A stretch of DNA of 63,539 bases, the filler included. It is 6 parts of 6 records of this genome, joined end to end, with 100 filler letters (N's around TTAATTAATTAA, not from the genome) between each part and the next. Parts side by side here need not be neighbours in the genome. Positions count along the whole stretch, not along the records: positions 1 to 22,668 come from SRR20825010_3078; positions 22,769 to 32,992 come from SRR20825010_3082; 4 more parts are not named here. One strand, 5' to 3'. The first letter of the stretch is position 1. Every line of letters begins with the position of its first letter. A program made the position numbers and the translations under genes. The notes beneath the pieces were generated by a model, which was given only the letters and a program-made list of their open reading frames with translations, was not told the DNA's origin and made no database searches. Positions 19,701 through 28,700 of this stretch are shown one piece after another.

Positions 19701-20041
19701 CCCGTCACGACAACCTCGGTTAGCTCCGTGGCTGATTCTTTTAGGCGTATGGTTAGTCGATTGAAATTGTTGATGATGAGCACCTGCGGTTCCATCCCGA
19801 TCATGGAAAAGCTGACTTTTTTTCCTTTTTGAACCTTTAGAGAAAAGTTTCCCTCAAAATCGGTAATGGTTCCTTCAGAAGTATTTTGAATCTGCACAGT
19901 CACACCGGGAAGGGATTCCCCGGATTCGTCTACTACTTTTCCGCTCAGCAATTCGCTACTTCCCTGCCCATAACTGCTAAATGATAGCAGCATGAGGAGG
20001 TAAAAAGATTTAGCAAACCATTCCCTTAGTATCAACCCCAA
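16715..20041 (-). CDS. SusC/RagA-family TonB-dependent outer-membrane transporter
   Basis: N-terminal SGKVVDESGESLPGV, EVVVTG, IRIRG, DIESTEILKDASATAIYGARAANGV, LTWEK, beta-barrel C-terminus. Confidence 0.97.
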   Translation of the reverse strand: MGLILREWFAKSFYLLMLLSFSSYGQGSSELLSGKVVDESGESLPGVTVQIQNTSEGTITDFEGNFSLKVQKGKKVSFSMIGMEPQVLIINNFNRLTIRLKESATELTEVVVTGFQELDRKLFTGASESLKMDEISLAGATDVSRMLEGRSAGVTVDNVSGTFGAAPKIRIRGNASINGDNQPLIVVDGVILENLSNVNIDDFISGNANTLTSSSIAGLNANDIESTEILKDASATAIYGARAANGVFVITTKKGKSGKLRVNYSGNYSVMLRPTYNQFDILNSAQEMQVYREMQQKGLIDISTSVRAQNYGAMGKMYSLIASHELDWGKGGTLNEEFLNKYENANTDWFDVLFNDFALQQQHSLSFTAGSEKSNSYYSISFLNDEGQTIADHVQRVTGTARNTYFISEKFSFGLKLTASYRDQTVPGTRNREFDPITGRFSRGFDINPYSYSLNTARSIRPFDDDGSPEYFRRNYAPFNIIDELKLNYIDITVSDISAQTNFDVTPTKNISVNGVFQARYATTRQDHTVHENSNQAEAYRANGTQFIQDANNFLFQDPDNPGLNPVVVLPQGGFNYLDQSDLLNFFARISANWSRTFNTHHEVNVLAGQEVRFTDRTSTSTTGMGVIYGSGGIVVTDPNIIEFFNLQNIDYYSLNHEQDRFLGSFLNGGYAYKQKYIANFTVRYDGSNQLGRSKQARYLPTWNVSGAWNVTNESFINLSFLDDLKIRATYGISGNLPPNASALLNLQSDVTIRPSDVEPYIYISDLTNTELTWEKLKELNVGADFSLFKGIVGGSVNYYQRKAFDLIGTVQTSGVGGQGLKVGNFADMVINGFEVTLSTDNLPSRPLKWTTGINMGYSIDKITRLDYGPRLTDAIGQNGAAVLGGPRRGLFSTRFAGLNESGLPTFYDVDDEIVFQYDLQDRDNLTKILKYEGPTEPRGAGGISNSLSYKNFSLSVLVSFKFDYKIRLNDAYYSSYTDFDALPGDLINRWVVPGDEDLTSIPAILERGLAQSNGDVSLAYQLYNKSTERVARGDYARLRSVRLGYNLPATFISRMGIGSASVALEGQNLALLFVDDKLQGQDPEFFSSGGVALPQPKMITFSLNVGL

Positions 20042-20055
20042 GTTTCTTTTTTGAA

Positions 20056-20619
20056 TTATTGCTTGTCAAACTTCAAAGTGATTAATGCATCCACTCTGTT
20101 AGTGAAATTGTCGTAAAGCGAATCAATTTGGGTGTCTGTAAGTGTGAAAGTACCATTCGAATCCAACGTACCATCGTCGAACCATTCACTAATCTTAGCA
20201 CTGTGGAAGAGTTCCTGTTCTTCGGTAGCCTCCAGTGTCAAACTTGTTGCAGTAACCGATTTAAGCGTAAAGGCATAAGATAAACCACCCACTTCCGGGT
20301 CTTCTGAATCCAGGTCCAGGTCCTCACCATCCAGTTCCCATTCGCCTTCTTCGCTGTGATCGCCAAAGCCCGGGATATCGTCAATTTCTCTTTCATAGGT
20401 GAAATCCTTTTTGAATTCGATGGTATAAGCCGATTCCCCGTACAGATCATTGTCCTTGCTGAACTCAGCATATTCATAGCCCGATTGTGTAAATTCAAGA
20501 GAGGCATCATCCAGTTCCCACAACCCAACGATAGGGTCTACTTTTGGCTCATCATCTGCGCAGGAAACGATTAGGAGTAGTAGTGAGCAAGCGGAGATGA
20601 GTTTTAAAATGCCTTTCAT
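20056..20619 (-). CDS. Lipocalin-like lipoprotein
   Basis: Lipobox IVSC, IVGLW, GEWELDG. Highly acidic. First gene of the SusC operon. Confidence 0.7.
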   Translation of the reverse strand: MKGILKLISACSLLLLIVSCADDEPKVDPIVGLWELDDASLEFTQSGYEYAEFSKDNDLYGESAYTIEFKKDFTYEREIDDIPGFGDHSEEGEWELDGEDLDLDSEDPEVGGLSYAFTLKSVTATSLTLEATEEQELFHSAKISEWFDDGTLDSNGTFTLTDTQIDSLYDNFTNRVDALITLKFDKQ

Positions 20620-20746
20620 ATTGTTCAGATTTGTATGTTAAAGTATATCCTTGTCTGTTTCTTGATAAAATAAACCAAGAAACAGTACCAAATTATCAAC
20701 ATAAAACCGCTTTTCCCTTATGTTTTGCTAAAAAATATCCGAGAAA

Positions 20747-21421
20747 ATGAGTGAAATAAAACTTAAAATCATAGTCACGACGGATGGTTCACATAGCCTG
20801 CTTCGTGAAGACCTCAATGAAACCTATCATTCTTTTCATGGAGCAAAAGGAGAGTCGGACTATGTATTTATTAAATCCGGCCTGGATTATTTGCTTTCTG
20901 AACGTGGGAAGCTGCCAATAAAAGTCTTTGAAGTTGGGATGGGTACAGGGTTGAATGTATTGCTTTCTTCGGAGTTTGCATTTGAGCATGCGGTGGTAAT
21001 TAACTTTCACACCATCGAGCCCATTCCTGTTGGGGAGGAATTGTATTCTCAATTTAATTATGGAAACAATGATGACGAAAAACTGCGCTTGCAGCAAATC
21101 CATCAGGCGGCCTGGGAGCAAGAAACAGAAATCGGTCCTTTATTTAAGCTGACAAAATACGAAACCACCCTGGAAGAATTCGATCGAACAATGGGTTTCG
21201 ACATTATCTTCTTTGATGCCTTTGCACCATCCAAGCAACCGGAGGTCTGGTCGCTCGAAAACATCAAGAAATGTTTTGACCTGCTCACTAGTGGAGGAAT
21301 CCTAACCACCTATTGTGCGCAGGGACAATTCAAGCGAAACCTAAAAGAAGCTGGTTTTGATGTGGAGACACTTCCTGGCGCCATGGGTAAAAAAGAAATG
21401 GTCAGGGCCCGAAAGCCCTGA
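20747..21421 (+). CDS. mnmD: tRNA (mnm5s2U34) methyltransferase, stand-alone MnmC methyltransferase domain
   Basis: TTDGSHSL, ETYHS, FEVGMGTGLN, FFDAFAPSKQPEVW, TTYCA, GKKEM. Confidence 0.9.
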   Translation: MSEIKLKIIVTTDGSHSLLREDLNETYHSFHGAKGESDYVFIKSGLDYLLSERGKLPIKVFEVGMGTGLNVLLSSEFAFEHAVVINFHTIEPIPVGEELYSQFNYGNNDDEKLRLQQIHQAAWEQETEIGPLFKLTKYETTLEEFDRTMGFDIIFFDAFAPSKQPEVWSLENIKKCFDLLTSGGILTTYCAQGQFKRNLKEAGFDVETLPGAMGKKEMVRARKP

Positions 21422-21426
21422 GACCG

Positions 21427-22368
21427 TCAATCTTCTATATTGTCACGGATTGATTCTTCATTCACAATTTGCTGAAGAGATGAAACAGAAGCCACGTTGA
21501 AAAAGCCGACAACTCTTACATCCTCCTTGTTCGAAAAAATATTGGTGGGAACATTGGCCAATGGAGTAGCAAATAAAGCTCCAAAACCGCCGCTCACGTT
21601 TGTTTCGTCAATAACCCGAGCAAGGAAAAACCAGGCTTCATTGGAAATGGAGTGAACTTCCACATAGGCTGTATCTCCTTCGGCGTAAGGCGGAATGTAA
21701 TCACCATTTTCGTACTGATCAAAGGGGTTCATCAAAGTCCGGATCGGTGAAATGAAATACAAAGAATCAACCGTTCCACCAGAAAAAGCCGCATCATAGG
21801 CAATATTGATTTCTTCAGGTTTATTTAGGAAAACCCCGTTCTTCCATGTCTTGATCCAGTACGTATTGTCAGGGCCTCCGAGATCTCTGGCCCAAAATTC
21901 GCCAATATAATAGTCTTCTTTTATGAAAATGTCTTTGGGATAGTACTCATAAGTGATGCTATCGACAGCTGGCACTCCAGCAAGCTCCGTTTGAGAATAA
22001 TAGCGTACCCCTTCAAAATCGATACCCAAACCAAACCGATCTCCAACATCACCCAGCGTTTTACCTGCGGCAATAGGATCCCAGATATAGGTGCCGTCCC
22101 CATCTTCGTCCATAAACCAAAGGGTATCTTGTTTGTCAATATTCAAAACGGCTACTTCGGCACCCAATGCTACGGGCGCTTTATTATTGTCCAAATATGG
22201 GTGAATGTATGAAAGGACTATTTGCTGCGTTTTTGTTTCGTTTGTAAGCCAGGCGTCAACTACAAGAAACGGATCTTCATTTGGCAGGTCAAGGTCTACT
22301 TTCTTTTCACAAGCCGATAGTGTTGCAAAAGCAATTGCAGGAACAAGTATGTATTTAAAAGCTTTCAT
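21427..22368 (-). CDS. DUF4249-domain lipoprotein
   Basis: LSACEKKVDLDL, LVVDAWLTN, ANVPTNI, VVGFF. Follows a TonB receptor, as is usual for this family. Confidence 0.85.
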   Translation of the reverse strand: MKAFKYILVPAIAFATLSACEKKVDLDLPNEDPFLVVDAWLTNETKTQQIVLSYIHPYLDNNKAPVALGAEVAVLNIDKQDTLWFMDEDGDGTYIWDPIAAGKTLGDVGDRFGLGIDFEGVRYYSQTELAGVPAVDSITYEYYPKDIFIKEDYYIGEFWARDLGGPDNTYWIKTWKNGVFLNKPEEINIAYDAAFSGGTVDSLYFISPIRTLMNPFDQYENGDYIPPYAEGDTAYVEVHSISNEAWFFLARVIDETNVSGGFGALFATPLANVPTNIFSNKEDVRVVGFFNVASVSSLQQIVNEESIRDNIED

Positions 22369-22373
22369 CAAAA

Positions 22374-22667
22374 TCAAAATTTAAAGTTGTAAGAAACAGC
22401 GGGCACCATGGCCCCAAGGATGGCGACCTGACGTGCCGATGTGCCAGCTAAGGCGCCCGTTTCTATGCGCTGATCTCCCTGGCCAAAATAGATGGCAAAT
22501 GGATTTTCACGTCCGTACACGTTGTAGATGGTAAATACCCAAAAGTCTTCAAGACGTTTTTTCTTGCCATTCTTCAAATACTCCTTCATTTGAAGGTTCA
22601 CGGAAAGATCGAGTCGGTGATAATCCGGGATTCGGCTGTTGTTGCGACCCTGCACCCCAGGAATGGT
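22374..22667 (-). CDS. TonB-dependent receptor, C-terminal fragment (contig end)
   Basis: RIPDYHRLDLS, IYNVYGRENPF, PAVSYNFKF. Confidence 0.9.
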   Translation of the reverse strand, partial: TIPGVQGRNNSRIPDYHRLDLSVNLQMKEYLKNGKKKRLEDFWVFTIYNVYGRENPFAIYFGQGDQRIETGALAGTSARQVAILGAMVPAVSYNFKF

Positions 22668-22668
22668 C

Positions 22669-22768
22669 NNNNNNNNNNNNNNNNNNNNNNNNNNNNNNNN
22701 NNNNNNNNNNNNTTAATTAATTAANNNNNNNNNNNNNNNNNNNNNNNNNNNNNNNNNNNNNNNNNNNN
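22669..22768. other. Artificial contig spacer
   Basis: 44 N + TTAATTAATTAA + 44 N. Composition and taxonomy switch across it. Confidence 0.98.
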
Positions 22769-22809
22769 ATGCGACTAAATCAACAGCCTGCTAGGCGATT
22801 CGTTCTCAA

Positions 22810-22855
22810 CAAACAAAAAGGGCTCGGTGATTTCTCACCGAGCCCTTTTCGTTTG
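22810..22855. terminator. Intrinsic terminator (bidirectional) after glgP
   Basis: AAAAGGGCTCGGTGA-TTTC-TCACCGAGCCCTTTT perfect stem. Confidence 0.9.
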
Positions 22856-22873
22856 GACAAATCAGGTTGGGGC

Positions 22874-25366
22874 TTACGACAGTGGTCGAACGTCCCAGAT
22901 GTCGTCGGCGTATTGCTGAATCGTTCGGTCGCTGCTGAACCAGCCGCTGCCTGCGGTATTTAGAATGCTCATCTGATTCCAGTGATCGACGTCTTGGTAT
23001 GCCTTGCCAACTTCGGCTTGAGCGTCGATGTACGCACGAAGGTCGGCGATGGTGACCCAAGGATCCTGAGGGTTGCGTAGGCCGCTGGTCAACAAATCGA
23101 ACAAACCTGGATTGTCAGGATTGAAGTGTCCGCTTTCCAGCAGGTTCATGATGCGAACGATGTCCTCATCAGCGGCGATGATTTCATTGGGACGATAGTC
23201 CTTCTTCAATTCGGTTACTTCGGCAGCGTCCAAACCGAACAAGAAGAAGTTCTCGGCACCCGCGTTTTCTCGAATTTCGATATTGGCACCATCGAGCGTG
23301 CCAATCGTCAACGCACCGTTCATCATGAATTTCATGTTGCCCGTGCCGGAAGCTTCTTTGCCCGCGGTTGAAATTTGCTCAGACAACTCGGTTGCTGGGC
23401 AAATCACTTCCATCGACGAAACGCGATAGTTCGGGAAGAAGACCACCTTGAGCAGGTCATTGGCTGCGGGGTGATTGTTGACCTTCTTCGCAACATCATT
23501 GATCAGCTTCACGATCAATTTGGCAACGTGGTAACCGGGGGCTGCTTTGCCGCCGATCAGGACGCAACGTGGGACCATGCCCGCGGTTTCACCACGCAAA
23601 ATGCGATCGTACAGGTGCACGATATGCAAAACGTTCAAGAGTTGACGTTTGTATTCGTGAATCCGTTTGACTTGAACGTCGAACATGAATGACGTGTCAA
23701 AGCGAACGCCGGTTTCCGCGACCACCAAGTCTGACAAGCGAGCTTTGTTTTCTTGCTTGACTTCGATCCACTTCTTGCGGAAGTCGGCGTCAGTCGCATA
23801 AGGAGCCAACTCTTTGATCTTGGTGAGGTCTTTTTGCCAACCTTCGCCAATGGTTTCGTTGAGGAGGTCACGAAGGCCTGGGTTGCAGTGCGACAACCAA
23901 CGACGTTGGGTCACGCCGTTTGTCTTGTTGTTGAACTTGCGGGGCCAAAGCGTGTTGAAGTGTTTGAACAGGCCTGATTCCAACAACTGTGTGTGCAGAC
24001 CGGCAACACCGTTGACCGAGAAACTTCCGACAATGGCCAGGTACGCCATTCGGATGTGCGGGTTGTCGCCTTCTTCAATCAACGACATTTCGCGACGCAT
24101 CGCAACGTCACCGGGCCACTGCTGATCGACGAGTTTCAAGAACCGAGCGTTGATCTCGTAGATGATGTCGAGCAAACGCGGCAGCAAGCGACTGAACAGA
24201 CCGACGGACCATCGTTCCAACGCTTCGGGAAGCAACGTGTGGTTGGTGTAAGCCATGCAACGTGTCACCACGTCCCAGGCGTCGTCCCATTCAAGTCCAT
24301 GCTCGTCCATCAGCAATCGCATGAGTTCGGGAACAGCACAGGCGGGGTGAGTGTCATTGAGTTGGAAGCAGTTTTTGCGTCCAAAGTCACTGAAGTCTTC
24401 ACCGTGCTGTTCAACCCAACGGGCGATCACGTCTTGGAGCGATGCTGAGACGAGGAAGTACTGTTGTTTCAGTCGCAATTCCTTGCCATTTTCGCTGGCG
24501 TCGTTGGGATACAACACCATCGAAATTTGTTCGGCGTCGTTCTTTGCCGCGACGGCTTCGGGGTACGAGCCCGCATTGAATTCGCTGAGGTTGAAGACGT
24601 CGGTCGTCGACGCTTTCCACAATCGCAACGTGTTGACCGTGTCGTTGCGGTACCCAGGAACAGGCATGTCGAATGGAACGGCAAGAACATCGTACGAGTC
24701 GACCAAACGTGGTCGCAAGGTTCCGTGTTCGTCGTAGTAGTTTTCGGTGCGGCCGTAGAAGCGAACGCGGCGAGTGTCTTCAGGGCGTTTGATTTCCCAA
24801 GGATTGCCATCACGCAACCAGCGATCCGGGTCTTCGACTTGGCGTCCGTCTTCGATGTGCTGGTGGAACATTCCGTATTCGTAACGGATGCCGTAGCCAA
24901 CGACCGGAAGCTGCAGGTTTGCACAGCTGTCCAGGAAACATGCCGCCAAACGGCCGAGGCCACCATTGCCCAAACCGGCATCGAGTTCTTTGTCAGCGAC
25001 TTCTTCCATCCCGACGCTGTAGGCTCGCAGAGCTTTGCGGACGTCTTCGTCCAAGTCGAGATTTTCGACCGCGTTGGTGAGCGAACGGCCGATCAAGAAT
25101 TCAAGTGACAGGTAGTAGACCTTGCGATCTTCGCTCAGGCAGGTCTTCTTCCAAGTTTCCAGCCAGATTGGCACCAAGCGGTCGCGAACCGTAATCGCCA
25201 AGGCTTGGTAAAGGTATTCGCTGTTTTGTTTGTCAGTCGAGTCGCCTGTGAAGTCGTGTCCTAGCGTGATCGTCAGATGACGAGCTAGTTCCGATGACAA
25301 ATCAAGATGTGGAAACGAGGTGTCGGTCGGAGAAGCATTCGGCGGAGCGGAAAGCGTGTTAGACAT
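22874..25366 (-). CDS. glgP: Glycogen/alpha-glucan phosphorylase
   Basis: GLGNGGLGRLAACFLDS, QLNDTHP, KRIHEYKRQ, PLP-site EASGTGNMKFMMNG. Confidence 0.98.
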   Translation of the reverse strand: MSNTLSAPPNASPTDTSFPHLDLSSELARHLTITLGHDFTGDSTDKQNSEYLYQALAITVRDRLVPIWLETWKKTCLSEDRKVYYLSLEFLIGRSLTNAVENLDLDEDVRKALRAYSVGMEEVADKELDAGLGNGGLGRLAACFLDSCANLQLPVVGYGIRYEYGMFHQHIEDGRQVEDPDRWLRDGNPWEIKRPEDTRRVRFYGRTENYYDEHGTLRPRLVDSYDVLAVPFDMPVPGYRNDTVNTLRLWKASTTDVFNLSEFNAGSYPEAVAAKNDAEQISMVLYPNDASENGKELRLKQQYFLVSASLQDVIARWVEQHGEDFSDFGRKNCFQLNDTHPACAVPELMRLLMDEHGLEWDDAWDVVTRCMAYTNHTLLPEALERWSVGLFSRLLPRLLDIIYEINARFLKLVDQQWPGDVAMRREMSLIEEGDNPHIRMAYLAIVGSFSVNGVAGLHTQLLESGLFKHFNTLWPRKFNNKTNGVTQRRWLSHCNPGLRDLLNETIGEGWQKDLTKIKELAPYATDADFRKKWIEVKQENKARLSDLVVAETGVRFDTSFMFDVQVKRIHEYKRQLLNVLHIVHLYDRILRGETAGMVPRCVLIGGKAAPGYHVAKLIVKLINDVAKKVNNHPAANDLLKVVFFPNYRVSSMEVICPATELSEQISTAGKEASGTGNMKFMMNGALTIGTLDGANIEIRENAGAENFFLFGLDAAEVTELKKDYRPNEIIAADEDIVRIMNLLESGHFNPDNPGLFDLLTSGLRNPQDPWVTIADLRAYIDAQAEVGKAYQDVDHWNQMSILNTAGSGWFSSDRTIQQYADDIWDVRPLS

Positions 25367-25787
25367 CGATTTTCAACGTTTCAAGGACGAGACTAGAAGC
25401 CGGGAGTATATCGGTGCGATAAGGGAGAGCCAATCTAGATCGGCACCCTGTGCGCTTCACTTGAATCACGCTGTTGAATGGTGATGTCGCGATAAAATAG
25501 GAGGGATGGGGCGGCTTTGGGTCTTTAGAGGAGCGGATCATTCCCCTGAGTTCCTGCAATGTCTTTCGGGTCGACCGCTGAAACCTCGCCTCGCGACGCC
25601 ATTTTCAGTCGGACTTGAGTCAAAGTTTTTTTGACTTTTCGAGATTCCGCTGAAAAATCATCGCCCGATTTGCTCGTCACTTTGGAAATCGAGACGCACG
25701 CAACCGGGAGGCGAAGAAGTTTGCGGTTCGTTCACCCGTGCAGCGGTCACGCGCAGATCCGACCGCGAACCAGACGGAACGCGCAAC

Positions 25788-28700
25788 TTAGGATTTGCGG
25801 CGACGCATATGAGGCAACCGGCGGCCTTGGGTTTGAGCCGTCGCGAGTTGCGTTTTGAGTTCGTCCAGCGTCAGTGGGCTGACGGGAATGGTCATCAATT
25901 CTTGCGGGTCAATTTCGCTGATTAGATTTCGTTTCCCGATCTTTTCCACTTCATCTTCCAGAGCACTCAACCAAGGCGGCAGATCGAGTCCGACGCCAAC
26001 GGGAGTTCGCGAAAGTTCGTTGGCTTCTGCTTCGAGTTGTTCGAACGCGGCACTAAAGCGGTCCGCTTCCGCATCGCCCATGGCGGGTTCGACAAGCGAT
26101 CGCATTCGGTCGATCGTCATTGGTTGAACGAATCGTTCTTCGATGCGATCGGCAATCGTTGGCATTCGCATGGAATGTCGACGTTGCAATTCACGAAGCT
26201 TCTGAACATATAGCTCGGCTTCAGCTGCGATGCGTTCGTTGAGGCTTTCCCGCCAACCCAGTGACGTTTGATCGAGGCCCATCCGCACGAGGACTTCGTG
26301 GGTCCACATGATCGGTTTCAAATTCCACGCGACGCGTTCGTATCGAGTTCGCAGGCGCAAAAAATCGAGGAACGTGTAGATCAGTTCGCCGCGATCGCTT
26401 TGTGTCGTCGTGCTGTTGTAGTCTTGGTATTCCGCATGGTGATCGAGCAGCGATTCAAACACCAGCGTGATCCATCGCGAGGCCTCGTTGATTTTGATCT
26501 TGCCAATTTCGAGATCGCGAAATAGCTGGGTGTCTTCCAACAAGTCGTCGCCATCGGTCATGGCGCGTTCCAGCCATGACGAGACGTCTTGGTGCAGCAC
26601 CGCGCGAACGTTGCTCAGTTGCAGAAAACCTTGGGTGAAGATTGGGTCGCCGTAGAGTTTGATGAATTCAACCAGACGTTCCCACTTTGCAGGATCACTG
26701 ACGGCTTCGAGCGGTGACAGGCGAAGGGTTTGACTGTGGGCGAGCCAGCTGCCGAGCATCGTTTCGGTCAGTCGTTCCAGTAGTGGAATCAACCGATCGG
26801 CGATCGCGTCTTGGTCCGTGACGCTGAGCTCTCGCGTGGCGGATTGAGGTTCGGTCGGGGCAGGGGAGGGCAGTTCGCCAGCGGTCGCATGCAAAACGGC
26901 TTCGGCGATCGACCCCACCAAAGATCGATAACCAGCTCGATACAAGCCGTCAAACTCTGTCACGGCACCGGCACCGATTGGATGCCGTTGTTCCATTTGG
27001 CGAGCGGTTTCGATCAGTCGGCAGGTTTCTGCGAACAGGCCGCGACGTGGCAACCAGTGCAACAGGTGTCGGAGCACACGTTCTCGCAACCGGGTCACAT
27101 AAATTTTGACCGGGTCACCGCCACGTGAAAGTGGGATGTAAAGCAAACTGCGATTGAGGATCGCTTCGATGAACGTCGGGAACCGCTCGCGGGCTCGTTC
27201 GGCATCGCCGGCGATGAGCGCGGAGAATAGCTCGATCGCGCCAGCATCGTCTTCGGCAAATTCTTCGCCCACGTCTTCTGGCAGTTTGCCCTGGAGGGCG
27301 CCGAGAGCGCTCGCGATCAATCGTCTCGCATCAGCCATTTCCACCGCGGTGGTGATGACCCGTTCCATCAGACTGTCGCGGAGGACGCGGCGGCGATCAT
27401 AGATTCGCATGGAATCTTTGTCGGTGCCCGCCGGTTTGATTTTGTAAGCTCGGACATCACCAAGCAGTTCGAGCAACCCGATTCGGTTGGCAACCGCTCG
27501 GCGAGCCCATGCGGACAATGCTTCGATCTGTTGCTGTCGGCGTTGCGGGTCGGACGAGTCAGCTGAATCAGTCGACTCCGTCGCGGCATGAATTTCGGTC
27601 AGTGCAACATCGGCACCAACCGCCCACATTCGAGCCAGCGACTGCAAGAAGTCGAGACGGCTGGCGAGTCGTTTCACTTCGGCTTCGAGTTCGTCGACAC
27701 TGCTGCTGTCGCTGCTAGTATCAAAGATCGAACCTTCGTTTCCGTCATCGGTCGTGTCGCGATAGCTGACGTTTTCGTACGCCGCATCAAACAGTCCCGC
27801 CTCGTCATCTTCTTCGGGTGATCCAAACGGATCTTCGTTCGCTTCGGCTAATTCTTGCTCCCAGTTGTCGCGATGCCGATCACGGGGCTCATCGTCGCCA
27901 ACTTCGAAGCGAGGTGCGGACCAAAACGATTCCGCATTGGCTTCGAGATAGTCAAAGAATTTGTTGACACGGGGCCAGAGCTCGTGCGAGTCCTCCCGCA
28001 TGTGATCGCGAAGTTGCAGCAACCAGCGTTCGGTCAGACGAGGCAATGAGTTCGCTCCGCTGCGCAGTCCCACCCGATCGGCTTGGCACAACCAGTGGAT
28101 CAAGAGTGCTTGCGCGGGGATGAAGTCTTTGCGTTCCAGCAGTGCGGAGATCACGAGCATGTAGGCTCGTGGTGAATCAAACAGATCCGCGTGAGGTGCC
28201 CAGAACGCAATGTCGCCTCGTTGTGCACCGCCACGGTGCCACAAACGCAGAGCTTGAGCGACCAAACGAGCGGACTCGTACGATTCCCAAGGATCCGTCG
28301 CTTCGACGGATTCAACCGTGTGAGCCGCGAATGTTCGCCACCACTGGGCAACTTCGCGGTATTGGCGATCCATTCGTTCGTAGGCAACTTCGTCATCACG
28401 GGCCGCCGCCTCACTCCATACGCGAGCGATGTAGCCGAAGAGGTTCTCGATGATGTACAGCAACTCATCGAGTCGGCTGTCATGAATCGAATTTTCAATC
28501 CCGGGATACAGGCTGAAGTTGCCAGTGAATCCGAGGATGTCCCACGGGTCCATCAACGCACCGCACTCGATCGCGCGGCGGATCAGATCGAATGTTTGTT
28601 CGGGGACTTCCACCGCATCGGGGAAGCGATCCGTGCGGAGGGCTCGCAGGCCGAGTGTCATCCCGCAGTCAATGCGGCACATCAAACGAGCGGAGGTGGC

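Noticed and set aside
20747-21421. Stand-alone MnmC methyltransferase domain as a novelty
   Set aside because: The split form (MnmD) is the normal state in Bacteroidota.
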